Counted from the first letter of the stretch, positions 19,818 to 29,345 are shown. The stretch is 64,000 bases of DNA from a candidate division WOR-3 bacterium (GCA_965649205.1 CBFGJV010000006.1:1-64000); one strand, 5' to 3'. The notes: generated by a model from the sequence alone, not told the origin. Numbers and translations are program-made.

Positions 19818-20509
19818 AACTGCACCCCCAGAACCTCCGCCAACGCCTTGACCACCACCTTCCGTACCTCAAGCGGATCAGTATTGCCCTGCTCCTCTTG
19901 GACAGACGTCATTACCACCTGAGACAGGCCGCACGGATTCATCAAACGAAACCAGGAAAGGTCCGTAGTAACATTCAAGGCAAAGCCATGCATAATCACT
20001 CCCCGCTTCACGGCGATGCCAATAGAAGCTATCTTCCGCCAGACACCCCTCGCGCCCGTATTATCTCCCCCGCCTGTCCAGACTCCCACAAAGCCCGGAC
20101 GAACCATGGCAGACACGCCCAGCTGGGCTAATGACCGCACAAGTGCTTGCTCCAGCAACTCGACGAATCTGCGTATGCCCAGAAGTCTGTTCGCCAGTCT
20201 GAAAACAGGATATCCCACGAGCTGACCAGGTCCATGAAACGTAATATCTCCGCCTCTTTCCACCTTATACAGCGCCACTCCGCGACGTTTCAGCTCTTGC
20301 TCTGAAACCAGCAAATGAGAGCGGCTGGCGTTCCGGCCCAGAGTTATCACCGGTGGGTGCTCCAGAAGAATCAGAGTATCAGGAATAGCATTTTCCTGCC
20401 GCAGCCTCACCAGCTCCTGCTGCAATCGCAGGGCCGGTTCATACGCGACCATCCCCAGAGACAGAAGCAAGGCTACGCGGGAATTATCCGTTTTCGGTCC
20501 CTCTTCCAT
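19733..20509 (-). CDS. lipB: Lipoyl(octanoyl) transferase
   Basis: LEHPPVITLG, RGGDITFHGPGQLVGYP, KIASIG, HGFALN, NPCG. Confidence 0.95.
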   Translation of the reverse strand: MEEGPKTDNSRVALLLSLGMVAYEPALRLQQELVRLRQENAIPDTLILLEHPPVITLGRNASRSHLLVSEQELKRRGVALYKVERGGDITFHGPGQLVGYPVFRLANRLLGIRRFVELLEQALVRSLAQLGVSAMVRPGFVGVWTGGGDNTGARGVWRKIASIGIAVKRGVIMHGFALNVTTDLSWFRLMNPCGLSQVVMTSVQEEQGNTDPLEVRKVVVKALAEVLGVQFQTNLPRNLTSLTKGLAMAAISSASLTE

Positions 20510-20527
20510 TGCTAGCTCGGTCGCCTG

Positions 20528-21991
20528 TTACCTGTTGGCGATGTGGATGGCGCGGCCGTGAATCGCTTCCGCTGCTTCGAATATAAGTTCGCTCATAGTC
20601 GGATGAGGATGCACTACCCGGCTCAGGTCATCTGCCGTCAATCCTAACTCAACTGCCATAGTCGCTTCGGCAATCAGCACATCTGCCTGAGGCGCAACGA
20701 TACCTACGCCCAGTACCTTGTCGTTTTCCGCATCAACCAGCATCTTGGCGAATCCCTCGCTTCTGCCGAGCGTAAACGACCTGCCTATGGCTGACAATGG
20801 TACCCGGCTTATTCTGACCCTGCGTCCCTGCTGTATGGCTTCTCTTTCCGTCAAACCCACTACTGCTACCTCCGGGTCTGTATATACACACGACGGCACT
20901 GCCCGGAATCTCCATTTTCTTTTCCCGGCCAACAGCTCGGCAAGCGCAATACCTTCTGCCATGGCCCGGTGGGCCAGCATGGGTCCGCCTGTTACATCTC
21001 CAATGGCAAATATGTGACTGGCCGAAGTCTGATAGGATGAATCAACCTGCACATAACCCCGTGCATCCGTTTTCACTCCGGCCACATCCAGATTCAGTTC
21101 TGCCGACCGCGGTTTTCTACCAGTCGCAATCAGAACCTTGTCTGCTTCCAGAGAACGTACTTCTGCATCTGGGGTGGAAGAGGCGGCTTTTCCCCCACAT
21201 TCCGACTGCATGGCTTCCAGCTCCTTGCCCGGGGTTGTACGGGGCGCATAACGCACATGCAGCACAGGTTCGTGTCCGATCTGCTGGACGCTGCCCCCCA
21301 GTATGACCTCCACCCCTTCTCTTTCAAGCATTTTCTGCACCATTACCGCCAGGTCCGGATCCATTCCCGGCAATACCTGACTTTCCAATTCCAGAATCGT
21401 CACTTTGCATCCGAGCCGATTGAAAAAAGTGGCGAATTCCAGACCGATTACGCCCGCGCCTACAATGACTAGGCGACGTGGCAGCTCCACCAGCTTCAAA
21501 GCCCCATCTGAATCAAGAATCGTCTTCCCATCCGGCTCCATTCCCGCAAGAACACTCGGAACCGAACCCGTAGCTACGATGTAGTTTTCCGCCGTAAAAC
21601 CTCTGCTTCCCTCGGCAGACTCCACTGTTATCCGGTTCTCATCAACAAAACTAGCCTTCCCCCTGATCAACTCCACCCCATTGGCCTTAAAAAGATACTC
21701 TATACCGCGCACCAGCCGATCCACGACCCTGCTTTTCCAGCTGTACAGAGCCACAAGGTCTATTTCCGGTGGCGAAAACAACAAGCCCAGCCGCCTTGCT
21801 TCAACTGCCTCCCTTACCGTCTGCGCGGCATGCAACAGAGACTTTACCGGAATACAGCCCCAGTTCAGACAAACACCGCCCAGTCTTTCCTTTTCTACTA
21901 CAGCTACTTTTCTACCCAGTTGCGCTAGTCTGATGGCGCAGACGTAGCCGGCTGGTCCTCCCCCGATAATCAGAACATCATAGTCAGCCAA
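20528..21991 (-). CDS. lpdA: Dihydrolipoyl dehydrogenase
   Basis: GGGPAGY, GGVCLNWGCIP, GAGVIGLE, HPHPTMSE. Confidence 0.95.
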   Translation of the reverse strand: MADYDVLIIGGGPAGYVCAIRLAQLGRKVAVVEKERLGGVCLNWGCIPVKSLLHAAQTVREAVEARRLGLLFSPPEIDLVALYSWKSRVVDRLVRGIEYLFKANGVELIRGKASFVDENRITVESAEGSRGFTAENYIVATGSVPSVLAGMEPDGKTILDSDGALKLVELPRRLVIVGAGVIGLEFATFFNRLGCKVTILELESQVLPGMDPDLAVMVQKMLEREGVEVILGGSVQQIGHEPVLHVRYAPRTTPGKELEAMQSECGGKAASSTPDAEVRSLEADKVLIATGRKPRSAELNLDVAGVKTDARGYVQVDSSYQTSASHIFAIGDVTGGPMLAHRAMAEGIALAELLAGKRKWRFRAVPSCVYTDPEVAVVGLTEREAIQQGRRVRISRVPLSAIGRSFTLGRSEGFAKMLVDAENDKVLGVGIVAPQADVLIAEATMAVELGLTADDLSRVVHPHPTMSELIFEAAEAIHGRAIHIANR

Positions 21992-21999
21992 AACGCCTC

Positions 22000-23151
22000 C
22001 TACCAGATAGTGCCTTTAATGAGCTCAGAAGCAATAACCAGACGCTGAATCTGGTTAGTGCCCTCGTATATCTGGGTTATCTTGGCGTCACGCATCATCT
22101 TTTCCACCGGATAGTCGCGCATATATCCATAGCCCCCGAAAATCTGTACCGCATCGGTCGTTACCTTCATGGCGGTATCCGAAGCCATAACCTTAGCCAT
22201 AGAGGCAATACCGGCCGCATTCTTCAAACCAGCGTCAATCGCTCTGGCTGCCTCATAGATGAGGGCTCGCGAAGCCTCAATCTGTATGGCCATGTCGGCT
22301 AACATCAGCTGTACTGCCTGAAAACTGGAAATCGGCTGACCGAACTGAATACGGGTCTTGGCATATTCCAGAGCCTCCTCCAAAGCTCCCTGCGCAATGC
22401 CCAATGCCTGCGCCCCCACTCCAGGTCGTGTCCGGTCAAATGTTTTCATCGTATGGATAAATCCGTACCCCTCTTTCCCCCCTATTAAATTCTCTGCCGG
22501 CACCCGGCAGTTATCAAACACCAACTCGGCGGTCTTGGAACAACGTATGCCCATTTTGTCTTCTATCTTGCCAAAGGTGAACCCGGGCGTTCCGTCCTCT
22601 ACAATGAAGGCAGAAAGACCGCGCGCACCCTTGGCCGGATTTGTTGCGGCGATGACCGTATATATCTTGGCCACACTACCGTTGGTGATGAACTGTTTTG
22701 TCCCGGAAAGGACATAGTAGTCGCCGTCCCTTACAGCTCTGGTCTTCACATTGGAGGCATCAGAACCGGCCGAAGACTCGGTGATGGCAAATGCGGCCAG
22801 CTCTCCCTGAGCCAGTCTGGGCAGATACTTCTTCTTCTGTTCCTCCGTGCCACCCAGGATAATGGGATAGGTGCCTAACCCGCAGGCCGCATAACACAAC
22901 CCTGCCGCGCCATCGATACGGCACAACTCCTCTACTACCAGGCACATTTCCATGATTCCCCCACCCAGCCCGCCATATTCCTCCGGAATGTAAACCCCCA
23001 TCAACCCCAGCTCGCCCAGCTCCTTCATGAGGGCATGAGGAAACTCGCCTGTTCTATCGAGCTCGGCCCGTACCGGCTTCATCTTTTCCACCGCAAACTT
23101 CCGTGCCAGCTCCTTTATTTCCTTTTGGGTCTCTGTCAAGAAATACTCCAT
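22000..23151 (-). CDS. Acyl-CoA dehydrogenase (short-chain/butyryl-CoA type)
   Basis: TESSAGSD, KQFITNG, KMGIR, FGGYGY, IYEGTNQIQR. Confidence 0.92.
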   Translation of the reverse strand: MEYFLTETQKEIKELARKFAVEKMKPVRAELDRTGEFPHALMKELGELGLMGVYIPEEYGGLGGGIMEMCLVVEELCRIDGAAGLCYAACGLGTYPIILGGTEEQKKKYLPRLAQGELAAFAITESSAGSDASNVKTRAVRDGDYYVLSGTKQFITNGSVAKIYTVIAATNPAKGARGLSAFIVEDGTPGFTFGKIEDKMGIRCSKTAELVFDNCRVPAENLIGGKEGYGFIHTMKTFDRTRPGVGAQALGIAQGALEEALEYAKTRIQFGQPISSFQAVQLMLADMAIQIEASRALIYEAARAIDAGLKNAAGIASMAKVMASDTAMKVTTDAVQIFGGYGYMRDYPVEKMMRDAKITQIYEGTNQIQRLVIASELIKGTIW

Positions 23152-23230
23152 ATATGATTCCTCCTTAGGATTCTTATCTTACCAATTCTGTCCGGACTGA
23201 ATCGCAGCGTATTTCTGCGGTTACAATCCG

Positions 23231-23447
23231 GAAAAATGCAGTGCTATCCACCGCCTTCTCCTGTGGTCCTTTCGCTGGCTGTCCTGCCTGAACGGGCTAG
23301 CGCTGAGCAACAGATACCTACAAGAAAAACGGCAGCTTTCTAACCGGCGGCAACCGGCTCGCAAACCCGACCGGACGCAGCCACTGCCGCAGGAACCATC
23401 CGCAGACCACAGAAAAAAAGAAACTCCGCGGCAGCACTGTGCTTTTC
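23231..23447 (-). ncRNA. Candidate structured RNA or long 5' leader, family unassigned
   Basis: Nested helices 23239-45/23433-39, 23251-54/23428-31, 23261-68/23405-12, 23282-87/23389-94, 23331-35/23384-88, downstream of a minus-strand TTGACA-16-GATACT promoter (~23502-23475). Confidence 0.4.
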
Positions 23448-23604
23448 TGCTATACTTGTCTCGACCCGCTCCCAAGTATCCCCCAGGTTTCTTGACTGTC
23501 AACCTTGGTGCCCCTCATGCGTCGGAGCGGAAAGCTGGAATTGACCGGTAACCCTGTGCCCGTTTCCGGTCGAAGTAAACTTGTAACTTTGCTATCTGAA
23601 AAGA

Positions 23605-24876
23605 TTATTTCTGAGCGGTAAGGACCAGCCCGCGCCAACCGATGTCCTGGCGATAATGCATTCCAGGAAAAGAAATCCTGCTTATTCCCTTGTAAGCTTT
23701 ATCTCTCGCCTCCGACAAAGTCTTACCTATGCCTGTTACACCCAGCACGCGCCCTCCGGCAGTGACTATGCTATCGTCGCTTTTTGCGGTCCCAGCATGG
23801 AAAACAAGGATGTCATTCGTTCCCTCCAGGTCGCCCCTGATCTTCAATCCTTTCTCATACCTTCCCGGATAACCCCGGGACGCCGCGACTACGCACAAGG
23901 CATAGTTCTGCGACCAGCGGAACTCCCGATTCGACAAATCTCCCATTGCGCAAGCAGCCAATATCTCGCCCAAATCGGATTCCAACAAAGGAAGAATTGC
24001 CTGGGTCTCCGGATCCCCAAAACGACAATTGAACTCCAGCACCTTCGGGCCCTGCTCGGTAAGAATCATGCCCGCATAGATTACCCCCCGATAGACAATA
24101 CCCCGCCTCAGCAGTCCTGCCAGCAAGGGTTTGAAAACTATCTCCTCTACTTGCTGGCTGAGTTCTGGACTCACGGCTGGCACTGGCGCATAAGCTCCCA
24201 TACCGCCTGTATTCGGGCCCTGATCATGATCAAGAAGCCGCTTGTGGTCCTGAGAAGGAATACACATTCTCAGTCTGGTACCGTCACACAACGCTATGGC
24301 TGAGAACTCCTCACCTTGCAAAAACTCTTCAATGAGCACTGTGCGCCCGGCTTTTCCCAGTTCGCCCTCCACCATCATCCGACGCAGGGCAACCTCTGCT
24401 TCTTCCCTCGTATTGCAAACTACTGCCCCCTTACCCGCAGCCAGGCCGGCAGCCTTAATCACCAGCGGCAAGGATTGAGCAGACAGATACCCTCTCGCCT
24501 TCTCATATTCGCGAAACCACGCGAATCTTGCGGTAGGAATACTCATCTCCTCCATCAACTGCTTGGCAAATACCTTGTTCCCCTCCAGCTGCGCTGCCTC
24601 AGCCCTGGGCCCGAAAATAGGTAGGCCCCGCCGGACGAAATCGTCAACAATCCCCGCGCACAAAGGCGCTTCTGGCCCTACGACTGTCAAATCAATCCTC
24701 TGTTCTAAGGCAAAATCTGTCAGGGCAGGGTGATTGTCCGCCGCAATGTCTACACACACAGCCAGCCGGCTGATTCCTGCATTACCCGGAGCACAGTACA
24801 ACTCCCGGTTCTTCTGCGCCAGCTTCCAGACCAGCGCATGTTCGCGTCCTCCTGAACCTATAACCAGTATTCTCAT
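23605..24876 (-). CDS. purD: Phosphoribosylamine--glycine ligase
   Basis: MRILVIGSGGREHAL, VGPE, GLAAGKG, QDHKR, GPNTGGMGAY, EFNCRFGDPE. Confidence 0.97.
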   Translation of the reverse strand: MRILVIGSGGREHALVWKLAQKNRELYCAPGNAGISRLAVCVDIAADNHPALTDFALEQRIDLTVVGPEAPLCAGIVDDFVRRGLPIFGPRAEAAQLEGNKVFAKQLMEEMSIPTARFAWFREYEKARGYLSAQSLPLVIKAAGLAAGKGAVVCNTREEAEVALRRMMVEGELGKAGRTVLIEEFLQGEEFSAIALCDGTRLRMCIPSQDHKRLLDHDQGPNTGGMGAYAPVPAVSPELSQQVEEIVFKPLLAGLLRRGIVYRGVIYAGMILTEQGPKVLEFNCRFGDPETQAILPLLESDLGEILAACAMGDLSNREFRWSQNYALCVVAASRGYPGRYEKGLKIRGDLEGTNDILVFHAGTAKSDDSIVTAGGRVLGVTGIGKTLSEARDKAYKGISRISFPGMHYRQDIGWRGLVLTAQK

Positions 24877-25445
24877 CTGTGCACCAGATGTCCGAGCCGG
24901 GCAGCACGCAACGCCTGCGCCCAACCTCCAAAATAACGCACTGCCGCCGCGTGCAGGGTACGGTATTTCTGCCTCACCTCCATAGTCGTGTCCAGTTCAA
25001 GCCCCTGCTTGTGACAGTTGCGAATCTCCTTGACTATCTCCCGCTTTGACCACTGATGCTGCCGCCTCACCTGGGAATAGTCCAGTCCGGCTGCCTCACA
25101 CGCCTTGCGCCAGCTGCCAAAATAGGACACCGCCGCCGCTACCAGTCCACCTCCAGCTCTTTCTATGGCACTGACATGCAGAGGCGCTCCCGCGGCTTTC
25201 AATTCCTGAATGCGGGCAATCACCGTCTTCTTGTTCCATCTGCGCTTTCTTCTTATCTGACCGTAATCCAACCCCGCCGCACTTATGGCCTGCTCCCAGC
25301 CTCCCAGATACTTTCGGGCTGCGTAGAGGAGGCTGGGAAACTCCCGGGCTATGTAACCTGAATGCAGCAAAGACTGCTCTGTAGCAAGACGACGGATTTC
25401 CCGCACTACTTCATCTCTTGACCAGTGTCTGTAGGAACGTTTCAT
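24873..25445 (-). CDS. Protein of three ~62-aa helical repeats resembling the homing-endonuclease-associated repeat
   Basis: Three repeats W[SN]xxxV/I...AAxxY[FL]G[GS]WxxAxxAAxL; SD GGAGG; ATGA overlap with purD. Confidence 0.75.
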   Translation of the reverse strand: MKRSYRHWSRDEVVREIRRLATEQSLLHSGYIAREFPSLLYAARKYLGGWEQAISAAGLDYGQIRRKRRWNKKTVIARIQELKAAGAPLHVSAIERAGGGLVAAAVSYFGSWRKACEAAGLDYSQVRRQHQWSKREIVKEIRNCHKQGLELDTTMEVRQKYRTLHAAAVRYFGGWAQALRAARLGHLVHR

Positions 25446-25509
25446 CCGGTCCTCCCGCCCCAATTTAGCTCTTCGTTACCCAATGTCAAGGGCAGAGAAC
25501 CCCACCAGC

Positions 25510-25875
25510 TCAGAAGACAAGCACCTGCCATCCCTCAGTAAGATAGAAAGCGATACCGCCATGGCCCTCGGCTTCACTGACGATAGCTATATCCTGTTCT
25601 ATAGCTGCCGGCTCCACGGTATTCCGGCGCGCACAAGTACGGCAGACCAGAAGTTTCAGCCCTTCCTGTTTTACTCGTTGCCACAAGTCTGCATACGGTT
25701 TCGTCTCGTTCCTGAGCAAAGCAATGTAACGGGTTGCTTCGCCCGCAATCATCAGCAGTACTTCCCAGCCATGCTTCTTTAATTCCAGCGCATGCACCAA
25801 GGCATGACCGAACACCGCCGCCTCTCCGTTCAATGCCAGAATCACTACCTTCTTCAAGTTTTCCTCCGCAATCAA
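25510..25875 (-). CDS. DsrE-like family protein
   Basis: GEAT, VCRTCA and GH...YL-EGW-V-VF pattern typical of DsrE-like small proteins. Confidence 0.7.
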   Translation of the reverse strand: MIAEENLKKVVILALNGEAAVFGHALVHALELKKHGWEVLLMIAGEATRYIALLRNETKPYADLWQRVKQEGLKLLVCRTCARRNTVEPAAIEQDIAIVSEAEGHGGIAFYLTEGWQVLVF

Positions 25876-26528
25876 GGTTCTTGACCCTTCTTCCCCGCTA
25901 CCACTACCACGAAACTCGCCCCTGGAACATAACCTTTTCTCGGACGTTCCACAAACCCGGGCTCATCCGGCCCACAGAACAGAGTAGAAATAACCTCCAG
26001 TATTTCAAATCCGGCCAGGCGCGTGATTGTTTCCACCTCGGGGTAGCTGTCAAATCGGGCATGGCGGAAAAGAGGATGGCCCGACTTGCCCTTATCAATA
26101 TAACTTGCAGCCCATTTTCCGTTCCTATCCATATATCCGTTTATTACTCTTCCTTCTGGCTTGAGAACACGATAGCACTCCTTCAGAACCTCAAACGGAC
26201 GAGAGAGAAATTCCCAGGTGGTGAGGAGGAAAACCGTGCCAAAGCTTTCCGCCCGAAAAGGTATTTCCTCGCCTTTTCCGTATAACACCTCAATCCCCCG
26301 GGCCCGCGCCTTTTCCAGCAAGGCAACTGCGGGGTCAATACCGACAGGAATCCCAAGCGCCTGAGCAAAACGTCCTGTACCCACTCCAACTTCCAGCCAT
26401 GGCTTGGGCAACCCATCAAGTAGAGGCCGCAGAGCCGCTAGCTCGGTTTCAAAGGCAATCCTGCCCTTAGTATCGTACCAGGCATCATACTTCTCGGCCA
26501 GCTCGTCGAAAGGAGAAACTGCTTCCAC
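25872..26528 (-). CDS. Class I SAM-dependent methyltransferase
   Basis: FD-AEKYDAWY, LEVGVGTGRF, GIDP, RVLKPEG. ORF-track start is 26552; GTG26528 preferred from the promoter position. Confidence 0.88.
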   Translation of the reverse strand: MEAVSPFDELAEKYDAWYDTKGRIAFETELAALRPLLDGLPKPWLEVGVGTGRFAQALGIPVGIDPAVALLEKARARGIEVLYGKGEEIPFRAESFGTVFLLTTWEFLSRPFEVLKECYRVLKPEGRVINGYMDRNGKWAASYIDKGKSGHPLFRHARFDSYPEVETITRLAGFEILEVISTLFCGPDEPGFVERPRKGYVPGASFVVVVAGKKGQEP

Positions 26529-26585
26529 TGCCCGCATCTTACCCTGTTTCATTCTGACCTGTCAAGTCTGCGGGTTTTCTTTGGC

Positions 26586-26614
26586 TTGACTTCTGCCGGC
26601 CGCTTGGCTAGATT
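26586..26614 (+). promoter_or_regulatory. Sigma70-type promoter of tRNA-Arg
   Basis: TTGACT-17 bp-TAGATT, ending 9 nt before the tRNA. Confidence 0.7.
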
Positions 26615-26623
26615 CTTCCGCTG

Positions 26624-26697
26624 GCGCCCGTAGCTCAGATGGATAGAGCGGCAGACTCCGGATCTGCAGGCCACGCGTTCGACTCGCGTCGGGCGCT
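26624..26697 (+). tRNA. tRNA-Arg(CCG), CCA not encoded
   Basis: Acceptor GCGCCCG/CGGGCGC, D arm GCTC/GAGC, anticodon stem GCAGA/TCTGC with loop CTCCGGA, T loop TTCGACT. Confidence 0.95.
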
Positions 26698-26791
26698 TTT
26701 TCCCGATGGGGTCTGGCTTCACTCTCCGCATGCAAGCGACAGAGAAAAAGAAGCCCCCACGTAGTAAGCAGGACTTATATGGGAGGTGAGT

Positions 26792-27310
26792 ATGGATTTC
26801 TATGAAGTTGTTCGGCGGCGCTTGAGCGTCCGCTCCTACAGACCCGACCCAGTTCCTGAGGAAACTTTGAACCGCATTCTGGAAGCTGCCCGGCTTGCCC
26901 CTTCAGCAAAGAACCTGCAGCCATGGAAATTCATTGTGGTCAGAGACCGAAGCATAAGGAATCAGCTGGTTCCAGCCTGCCGAAATCAGCAATTCATTGC
27001 CGAGGCACCTCTGGTTATCTGCGGTTGTGCTCTGGAAAAGCAAGCTTGGCAAGGTATGGGGGGATACTGGAGTGCTGCCGCCGTGGATGTCACCATTGCG
27101 CTGGAGCACATAATGCTGGCTGCCACAGCCGAAGGACTGGGCACCTGCTGGATTGGAGCTTTTCTGGAAGAAGAAGTCAGAAAGGTATTATCCATACCCG
27201 CAGACGTAAAACCGATTGCTTTGACTCCTCTGGGCTACCCGGCCGGCACTTCGCTTCCGCGACCTCGCAAACCGCTCTCGGAAATTGTTTGCTACGACAG
27301 ATTTGTTTAG
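26792..27310 (+). CDS. Nitroreductase family protein
   Basis: RLSVRSY, ARLAPSAKNLQPWKF, GLGTCWIG; SD GGAGG. Confidence 0.92.
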   Translation: MDFYEVVRRRLSVRSYRPDPVPEETLNRILEAARLAPSAKNLQPWKFIVVRDRSIRNQLVPACRNQQFIAEAPLVICGCALEKQAWQGMGGYWSAAAVDVTIALEHIMLAATAEGLGTCWIGAFLEEEVRKVLSIPADVKPIALTPLGYPAGTSLPRPRKPLSEIVCYDRFV

Positions 27311-27317
27311 CCGAGAA

Positions 27318-27797
27318 TCAGGCTGAAGGCGGCAGCAGGTCTTTTTCCATTATTACCGCATTATCCCGGTTGGCATAGTAGCCGGGGCGGACATAGGTCT
27401 GCACAAATCCCTGTCGCCGATAGAAAGCCTGCGCCCCTACATTGCTCTCTCTTACCTCAAGATAAACAGAACTCGCCCCCAATTCCCGCCCGAACTCCTC
27501 TACCTTCGCCAACAAAGCTGTCCCTATTCCCTTTCTGCGTTCTGCCGGTGCGACGGCAATATTGGCCAGATGCAACTCTCCTTGCACCCAGGCCACGGCA
27601 TACCCCACCACACGCTCTGTTTTCCCTCCAGCCCCCTCGTCTCTCGTCACTGCCACTAGTGCCAGACTATGCGGTCTGTACACATCTCGACTGAAATATG
27701 TTCTAGGCCAGGGATCAGGAAAAATCTCTCGTTCCAACTTCGCCACCTGATCCAGGTCTACCTCGGTCATGGGACGAATCGAAAATTCTGCTCTCAC
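27318..27797 (-). CDS. rimI: RimI-like N-acetyltransferase (GNAT)
   Basis: FPDPW, NIAV-P-RRKGIG, LEVRESN-A-FY, R-GYY, E/D-A--M pattern. Confidence 0.85.
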   Translation of the reverse strand: MRAEFSIRPMTEVDLDQVAKLEREIFPDPWPRTYFSRDVYRPHSLALVAVTRDEGAGGKTERVVGYAVAWVQGELHLANIAVAPAERRKGIGTALLAKVEEFGRELGASSVYLEVRESNVGAQAFYRRQGFVQTYVRPGYYANRDNAVIMEKDLLPPSA

Positions 27798-27806
27798 CGC
27801 TCTGAC

Positions 27807-28433
27807 TTATCGGATCAGACGCAACCAGTCGTGCAGCAGGAAATAGAAACGGCCTATCAAAAGAGAAATGCGGGCCATCACTGTGTAGCCGAAAGACGCA
27901 CCGAAAGCCACCATGATGAATATGATACCCACACGCGACACCACACCCAAAGCCCCTTTGTGCTCTCGAGAAAAATAGAAATAGAACAACGTGGCTACGA
28001 CTCCGACATACACTATAAAATTGTTTACCGTGATAAGTGGCCGCAAAGTATCGGAAATCTGTGGCAACAGATACCCCTGCACCGCCGCCACCAAGCCCAG
28101 CCCGGAGCCTATACCTACAGTGAAAGAAATCGGCCAGCGGGAAATCCACTCTGACTTGGGAATAGACCGACACAGCATCATAATGCCCAGAATCGTCGGC
28201 ACAACTAGTATCCAGGCCTCCCAGTAGTTACCCTGGGCCAGGTTAGTCCGAAATGCATCAACCAACATAGGATAGACATCAAAGGCCCAAGCATAGATAA
28301 CCGCAAAACCAGCAGAAGTTCCCACATAGATATGTTCAGCCACCTTGTAAAAAGGATTGTCTTTGTAGAGAAAGGAAAGAATAGCCAGAGTCAAAGTAGC
28401 CGCCACCCAAGTACCAATGATGTTCAGCAACAT
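27807..28433 (-). CDS. Conserved hypothetical polytopic membrane protein (DUF6754 cluster)
   Basis: About 6 TM helices; SFLYKDNPFYKVAEHIYVG and FGASFGYTVMAR motifs. Confidence 0.75.
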   Translation of the reverse strand: MLLNIIGTWVAATLTLAILSFLYKDNPFYKVAEHIYVGTSAGFAVIYAWAFDVYPMLVDAFRTNLAQGNYWEAWILVVPTILGIMMLCRSIPKSEWISRWPISFTVGIGSGLGLVAAVQGYLLPQISDTLRPLITVNNFIVYVGVVATLFYFYFSREHKGALGVVSRVGIIFIMVAFGASFGYTVMARISLLIGRFYFLLHDWLRLIR

Positions 28434-28515
28434 AAGTCAAGAATCATACATAAGGTAGCAGGCGAACCAAAAATGGACGCATCCTTAGTTCTTCTGTGCC
28501 TGCTCACCCTGGGCT

Positions 28516-29343
28516 TCACTTTCGCCTCCTGGACAATAAAAATCCCACATTGCCGATAACCAGCAGCAAAAGAATGAGGCCATGCGCAGCAGATTGAGCC
28601 GGCATTCCCAGGGTTGCAGAACCCGCCTTTTCCACCAGAGTCTCGTATTCAGACGCTCCCTGCAGTCCGCCGATTAGGCCCTTGATCTGACCCGAATGTA
28701 AATACTGGTAGAGATTAGGCGCATTCACGCCTGTACAGCCCACTATGATAGTCTGGTTGAAACGACCTCCCACGTATTGAATCCAAGCGTCAGCGACGGC
28801 TCCGTGCGCAAGACTGACCAGTAAGCCGATATCCTTATAGTTATGCACTGAGCGCATAAAGGGAAAAGAATCTATCGGCACACCCCGGTAGTCAGTCCGG
28901 AAGTAGTCTCTTATTTCCCGGCCGATGCCAACCATCATCGCGGTGAATCCGGGACGGTAACCAAGATTGACATAGTCTTCCCCGTACTCTTTTCCCATCT
29001 GGGGAGCCACCTCGGCCAACGCCATCTCGGCCAGAGGCAGACCCAGCGCCAGCTGTCCCATAACAACAACCTTGTGGCCTTTGCGGAAAGCATGCCGCAG
29101 CAGCGCCACAAGCATCGGCTGTACTTCCGGGGCGGAGGAAGGGTCGTAATCAATAGAAATCATTATCGCCGAACCGGCCGGAAGCTGCTCCACTGCATTA
29201 AATGCACTCCGTACCGGCTCAGAAACACGCACCCGGGTTTGGGGCTTTAGAATCAAGGGAACTGCCACAGACAGAGCAAGCAGAATATACAGAATCCTCC
29301 GGTCCACATTTGCTAGACGACTCCAGAATTCCTTCATTGCCAT
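28516..29343 (-). CDS. Hypothetical membrane-anchored protein (N- and C-terminal TM, soluble middle domain; DUF6754 cluster)
   Basis: DYDPSSAPE, YGEDYVNLGY and GLIGGLQGASEYE between two TM helices. Confidence 0.75.
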   Translation of the reverse strand: MAMKEFWSRLANVDRRILYILLALSVAVPLILKPQTRVRVSEPVRSAFNAVEQLPAGSAIMISIDYDPSSAPEVQPMLVALLRHAFRKGHKVVVMGQLALGLPLAEMALAEVAPQMGKEYGEDYVNLGYRPGFTAMMVGIGREIRDYFRTDYRGVPIDSFPFMRSVHNYKDIGLLVSLAHGAVADAWIQYVGGRFNQTIIVGCTGVNAPNLYQYLHSGQIKGLIGGLQGASEYETLVEKAGSATLGMPAQSAAHGLILLLLVIGNVGFLLSRRRK

Positions 29344-29345
29344 TC

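Noticed and set aside
23505..23600. Hairpin GACCGG...CCGGTC after purD as a riboswitch
   Set aside because: Lies upstream of the next promoter and matches no aptamer consensus I recognise; more likely a purD 3' hairpin.
26549..26731. 60-aa ORF antisense to tRNA-Arg, and ORFs over tRNA-Leu (60857-61166)
   Set aside because: Spurious frames across tRNA genes.
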